From Candidatus Wukongarchaeum yapensis (GTDB lineage: Archaea; Asgardarchaeota; Wukongarchaeia; Wukongarchaeales; Wukongarchaeaceae), in contig JAEOSI010000016.1 in assembly GCA_016840425.1 (NCBI GenBank), positions 1 through 20,507 on the forward strand: DNA of 20,507 nt, written 5' to 3'. The number at the start of each line of letters is the position of its first letter. Position 1 is the first letter of the stretch. This document shows, one piece after another, positions 16,801-20,507 of this stretch. A program made the position numbers and the translations under genes. The notes under the pieces are model-generated. The model did no database searches and was not told the DNA's origin. It saw only the letters and a program-made list of their open reading frames with translations.

Positions 16801-18954
16801 TTGACGCTTATACCAGAACAAATGGTCATACTTAAAGGTACATTTCCAAAAATATATGAACCAGCAGTAATCTCAAATTTGCAAAAACTCGGCCTTACAG
16901 AATTCATAGATGTAGAAGCAAAGGCACACACGAGTGCACGCAAACTTACAGAAGAACGTAAAAAAGTCTACGATGCCCGTGAAAGACTTTCCTACATCAT
17001 CCGAACGCTACTCGCAGACGACGAAAAACCCCAAGTTTCCAGAGAAGACCGGATTAAACTCGAAGGAGATTCTTTAGAAAAAACGCTAAAATTTGCAGAA
17101 GAAGTCTTGGGAAAACACGAAGAAATTGCAAAGCGTTTAGACAAAGAAATCAGCAAAGCAAAAAGAATTCTTGAGGATATAGTCAAAGCTGAAGAAGTTT
17201 TTGGGCAAATCCACTCCTCAGAGATTGCTATGATGATGCTTGGTAGACAACATAACGTAAAATTAAACCAACCAAGCTATGAAAGTGAAGGAGAATACAT
17301 TACTGCTTCTGTAGGAATAGTAGACAGTAGCTTAGCACATCGCTTGGAATGGAGTTTAAAAGAAGCAACTGATAAAAGATGTTACATAGAAATTGCTGAA
17401 CTTGACGAGTTAAACAGTGTGATCTTAATAACTTACCTAAGATCTGAAGTAGAAAAAGTGAAACCAGTTCTCCGGGAACATGCTTTTAAAGAACTTGAAC
17501 TACCACCTAGCCTTAGATTAAACCTTGAAGAATCTCCCTTAGAAACTTTAAGAAACGAAAGAGAAACATTAGAGCAAAAACTAGAGGTCTTAGAAAAGGA
17601 AAGGAAAGAATACTGGAAACAAAACGGAAAAGAACTTTTAGCAGCACAAGAAGCCGTAGAAATAGAGGTAGAACGTCTCGCCGTAAGCTTAATATTCCGC
17701 GAAACAGAATATTCGCTCACTTTCTGGGCATGGACTCCAAAAAACAAAGCAGACTATCTCCAAAAAGTCCTAAAAGAAGTAACTGACGGAAAAATAATAC
17801 TAGAATCTACAGTCCCAACCTTCGAAAAGAAACATTTCCCCACCTATGTACCCTCAAGAAAAGTCTCTGAACCTTTTCAAGGTATAACAAACAGTTACGG
17901 GTTACCTGGATACAAGGAGTTTAACCCTACACCAATAATGCTTTTCACATTTCCGCTAATCTTCGGCTTAATGTTTGCCGATATAGGACACGGAATAATA
18001 ATAATAGCAATTGGAATATACGCCACAAGACTCAGAAGAAAAGGTTTCCAGGGCGGAGAATTCGCAAACTACATAGTACAAGGTGGAGAATTAATACTCC
18101 TATGCGGGATATCTGCAGTTACTTTTGGCTTCGTTTTTGGAAGCGTATTCGGTCGAGAAGATGTAATACACGCCTTATGGTTCAGCCCATTTGAAGGTCT
18201 AGCAATAGCACCAGGTGCTGAGACACATGGAGAAAACCCTGAAGTAAATATTTTTGGTTTTGAGGGGCAAGAGCCTGTAATGGCTTTCTTAATACTAAGC
18301 TTCGTAGTGGGTATAATACATATAATAAGCGGGTTATCAATAAGCTTTATAACTGCTGGAAGAAACCACGAACACTTTGAACACAAAGCTTTACCGCTCT
18401 TCTTGCTCTGGGCCTATATAGGCGGAGTCAGTCTCGTATGGCAATATGGAACTGAATTCGGAGACTGGGGTTCACCGTTAGGACCAATACCCGGACCACA
18501 AGTCTTTTGGCTTGTTTTATTACCCCTAATCATACTTTCAGGCATATTTGCGAGACACGGCATAGACGGCATAATGGAGGTCTTAGAACGCGTCTTAGCT
18601 CTTTTATCAAACACTATAAGTTACGCGCGAATACTTGCCCTACTAATGGTACACGGAGTTTTAACACAACTTTTCAATGTCCTCGGAGAAGGCATGGGAG
18701 AAGCAATGGGAATCGGTGAGAGCAACGGATTAATCATCGGCATAATCATGGGTTGCTTAATAGTAATCCCCTTAGAGGGTCTGTTAAGCTTCATTCACAC
18801 CCTCAGGTTGCACTACGTAGAATGGTTCAGTAAATGGTACTATGGTGAAGGACACGAGTTCGAACCCTTCGCCTATACGCGAATATATACAGAAGTCCCA
18901 GAAATCGCCGTTAAACCAGTTGCAACCCCTGTTGCTACAGTGACTACCGCTTAA
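16801..18954 (+). CDS. atpI: A/V-type ATP synthase subunit I (homolog of eukaryotic Vo subunit a)
   Basis: Coiled N-terminal domain, YGLPGYKEFNPT..FPLIFGLMFADIGHG, LSNTISYARILAL (essential Arg), HTLRLHYVEWFSKWY. TTG start with CAGGAG RBS. Confidence 0.95.
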   Translation: MTLIPEQMVILKGTFPKIYEPAVISNLQKLGLTEFIDVEAKAHTSARKLTEERKKVYDARERLSYIIRTLLADDEKPQVSREDRIKLEGDSLEKTLKFAEEVLGKHEEIAKRLDKEISKAKRILEDIVKAEEVFGQIHSSEIAMMMLGRQHNVKLNQPSYESEGEYITASVGIVDSSLAHRLEWSLKEATDKRCYIEIAELDELNSVILITYLRSEVEKVKPVLREHAFKELELPPSLRLNLEESPLETLRNERETLEQKLEVLEKERKEYWKQNGKELLAAQEAVEIEVERLAVSLIFRETEYSLTFWAWTPKNKADYLQKVLKEVTDGKIILESTVPTFEKKHFPTYVPSRKVSEPFQGITNSYGLPGYKEFNPTPIMLFTFPLIFGLMFADIGHGIIIIAIGIYATRLRRKGFQGGEFANYIVQGGELILLCGISAVTFGFVFGSVFGREDVIHALWFSPFEGLAIAPGAETHGENPEVNIFGFEGQEPVMAFLILSFVVGIIHIISGLSISFITAGRNHEHFEHKALPLFLLWAYIGGVSLVWQYGTEFGDWGSPLGPIPGPQVFWLVLLPLIILSGIFARHGIDGIMEVLERVLALLSNTISYARILALLMVHGVLTQLFNVLGEGMGEAMGIGESNGLIIGIIMGCLIVIPLEGLLSFIHTLRLHYVEWFSKWYYGEGHEFEPFAYTRIYTEVPEIAVKPVATPVATVTTA

Positions 18955-19015
18955 ACCTTTGTTAACTCTTTAATTGAATAATACTTTTATGTATGTTGTT
19001 TGGAGGCTTGAATTT

Positions 19016-20098
19016 ATGGCACCTTGGGCATATCCCTACATATATGCACGGGCAAGAGGAATTCTAAGCAGGATGCTGTCACCAAGCCAAGTTGAAGACA
19101 TCCTCAGAAGTGATGCCACTACATTCCTACAGGTGTTACTAAACACAAGTTATAACAACGTTGCAGCAAGTTTTTCCGGGTCAGAGTTCTCCATAGTAGA
19201 CTTTGAACACGCCGCTAGAGAAGAAATGATCAACAGGTTAGACACTATCACTACATGTATTCCCCCCGACATTATGCGGTTGGTAAACCTAGAGTTCAAA
19301 AAATATGAAGCACTAAACATTAAACAAGGATTAAGAATCCTTCACCTTGCTGAAACTGAAGGAGAAGAACCTCCAGAAGAACTAAAGAAGCTGTTCATAC
19401 CCGTATTCTACCCTCCAGAATATTATGAGCGTTTCTTAGAGTTAGGATCAGTTGCCCGAGCTATCGAAGTAATAAGAGATACAAGGTTAAGAAACGCGCT
19501 TCTAGGAGTCTACGAAGATTACAAACGTACGAAAGAATATTCCCTTATGGAAGCAGTAATTGACACCACTATCTACGGCGATCTAAGAAATATGGTAAAA
19601 TATTGGGGCGTTGGTTCTGGGGCAGGCGGTGCAGACCGGTTCCAAATATATCGTTTAGTAAGCGAAGAAATCGACTTAGTAAATATGAGTATAATAATGC
19701 GATGTCTCCTTACTGGCATGGATTTTTCAGACTATATAATCGCCGCAAACTTTGCCTTAGGTGATGACTTTTGTACAATACTTGCCACAGAAACAGTAAC
19801 TGAGGTCCTAACCATACTGGGAAGGACCCCATATAGACACATAGCAGAGCAAATTGTCTCAGGTGATGAACGTGATGGTCTATATGAGTTCGAACTACTA
19901 AGTAAACGCTATATCGCAAAGAAGGTCAAAAGCTCGTTCTACATGTCCCCATTATCAATCGCCTGCGTCTACGGTTTCCTAGAACTATCGCTTTATGAAA
20001 TCGAAGATATAATGACACTATTCGTTGGCAAGGTTAATAACTTAGATTCTGAAGTCATCAAGTCTAATCTAATACTGCTTGGTTTAGATGGAAGATGA
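19016..20098 (+). CDS. atpC: A/V-type ATP synthase subunit C (homolog of eukaryotic Vo subunit d)
   Basis: YPYIYARARG..S.ML, T.Y, EIDLVN....R, GFLEL..YEIEDI..L..GK. ATG 19016 follows GGAGG and lies between atpI and atpK. Confidence 0.9.
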   Translation: MAPWAYPYIYARARGILSRMLSPSQVEDILRSDATTFLQVLLNTSYNNVAASFSGSEFSIVDFEHAAREEMINRLDTITTCIPPDIMRLVNLEFKKYEALNIKQGLRILHLAETEGEEPPEELKKLFIPVFYPPEYYERFLELGSVARAIEVIRDTRLRNALLGVYEDYKRTKEYSLMEAVIDTTIYGDLRNMVKYWGVGSGAGGADRFQIYRLVSEEIDLVNMSIIMRCLLTGMDFSDYIIAANFALGDDFCTILATETVTEVLTILGRTPYRHIAEQIVSGDERDGLYEFELLSKRYIAKKVKSSFYMSPLSIACVYGFLELSLYEIEDIMTLFVGKVNNLDSEVIKSNLILLGLDGR

Positions 20099-20143
20099 AA
20101 TCTCACCGAGAAGTAAACTAAAAATAAAAGTGTTAAAAACCAG

Positions 20144-20160
20144 AAAAAAATAGTTTTTTT
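20144..20160 (+). terminator. A7-TAG-T7 element between atpC and atpK
   Basis: AAAAAAATAGTTTTTTT in a 109-bp spacer. Confidence 0.3.
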
Positions 20161-20207
20161 AAAAAATTGTATGCAAAGAATAAATTAAAAATAAGAGGTG
20201 TAAAAGC

Positions 20208-20507
20208 ATGAAAATCAAAAACTGGATGAAATTTGTGTTGTTTCTCTGGTTCGTAACCTTTGTTGTTCTTATGATCACATTAGCGGTACACGGCCAAGAA
20301 GGAACAACAACTGAATTAACAAACCAGGGTGACTTAGCTATTGGTGCAGGTTTGGCCATAGGCCTTGCTGGTCTAGGTGCTGGTGTCGGAATGGGTAATG
20401 CTTCTGCTGCGGCAATTGGAGCTATAACAGAAAAACCAGAAGTTTTCGGTAAATCCATGATCTTCATCGTTATGATGGAAGCTATTGCTATTTACGGTCT
20501 AGTCATC
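20208..20507 (+). CDS. atpK: A/V-type ATP synthase subunit K (proteolipid c), 3'-truncated by the window edge
   Basis: Manual translation: MKIKNWMKFVLFLWFVTFVVLMITLAVHGQEGTTTELTNQGDLAIGAGLAIGLAGLGAGVGMGNASAAAIGAITEKPEVFGKSMIFIVMMEAIAIYGLVI. It has a Gly-rich helix, an EKPE loop, the ion-binding Glu and a GAGGTG RBS. Not in the ORF track. Confidence 0.95.
   Translation, partial: MKIKNWMKFVLFLWFVTFVVLMITLAVHGQEGTTTELTNQGDLAIGAGLAIGLAGLGAGVGMGNASAAAIGAITEKPEVFGKSMIFIVMMEAIAIYGLVI

Noticed and set aside
18855-18868. GAGTTCGAACCC resembling a tRNA T-loop (similar at ~19886)
   Set aside because: It lies inside the atpI (and atpC) coding frame, with no acceptor, D or anticodon stems.
1143-19919. 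The remaining 60-130 aa ORFs nested antisense or off-frame in larger genes (e.g. 3591..3992, 6127..6495, 10604..10861, 15646..16026, 17433..17747, 18069..18386)
   Set aside because: They overlap confidently identified genes (almost all completely) and show no motifs or RBS support.
20159-20467. Minus-strand 102-aa ORF rich in Ala/Pro
   Set aside because: It is the antisense shadow of atpK, caused by its Gly/Ala codons.
1-20507. CRISPR array, IS element, integrase, or selenocysteine TGA read-through
   Set aside because: I saw no regularly spaced repeats, no transposase or recombinase ORF, and no in-frame TGA splitting a recognisable protein.

Overview
AT-rich archaeal chromosomal window, densely coding. 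It has GGAGG/GAGGT/GGTGA ribosome-binding sites, an S17e ribosomal protein and an A/V-type ATPase. Left to right: a 4xCBS protein (missed by the ORF track because it runs off the left edge) and a sugar-phosphate nucleotidyltransferase; a TldD-PmbA protease pair; an apparently decaying AbrB-like/VapC toxin-antitoxin pair; a CaCA Na+/Ca2+ exchanger; an M29 aminopeptidase; a class I/II aminotransferase; a YkgJ Cys-cluster protein; a cyclophilin-like DUF369 protein; rps17e; a methanofuran biosynthesis cluster (mfnB, mfnE, mfnF) with a divergent APS-kinase-like gene; a 640-aa all-HEAT solenoid protein; and the ATPase genes atpI-atpC-atpK (atpK is cut by the right edge and also missed by the track). 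I found no tRNA, rRNA, CRISPR array or transposase. The most notable observations are: (i) the HEAT solenoid next to an unusual I-C-K ('a-d-c', Vo-like) ATPase block; (ii) a recurring G/T-versus-A/C skew switch at several intergenic spacers; (iii) a candidate mfnC and a divergent kinase flanking the methanofuran genes; (iv) frameshift and decay scars in the HEAT gene and the TA locus. None can be established as a new system from the sequence alone. The lineage (methanogen, Bathyarchaeia, Asgard etc.) cannot be fixed without searches.
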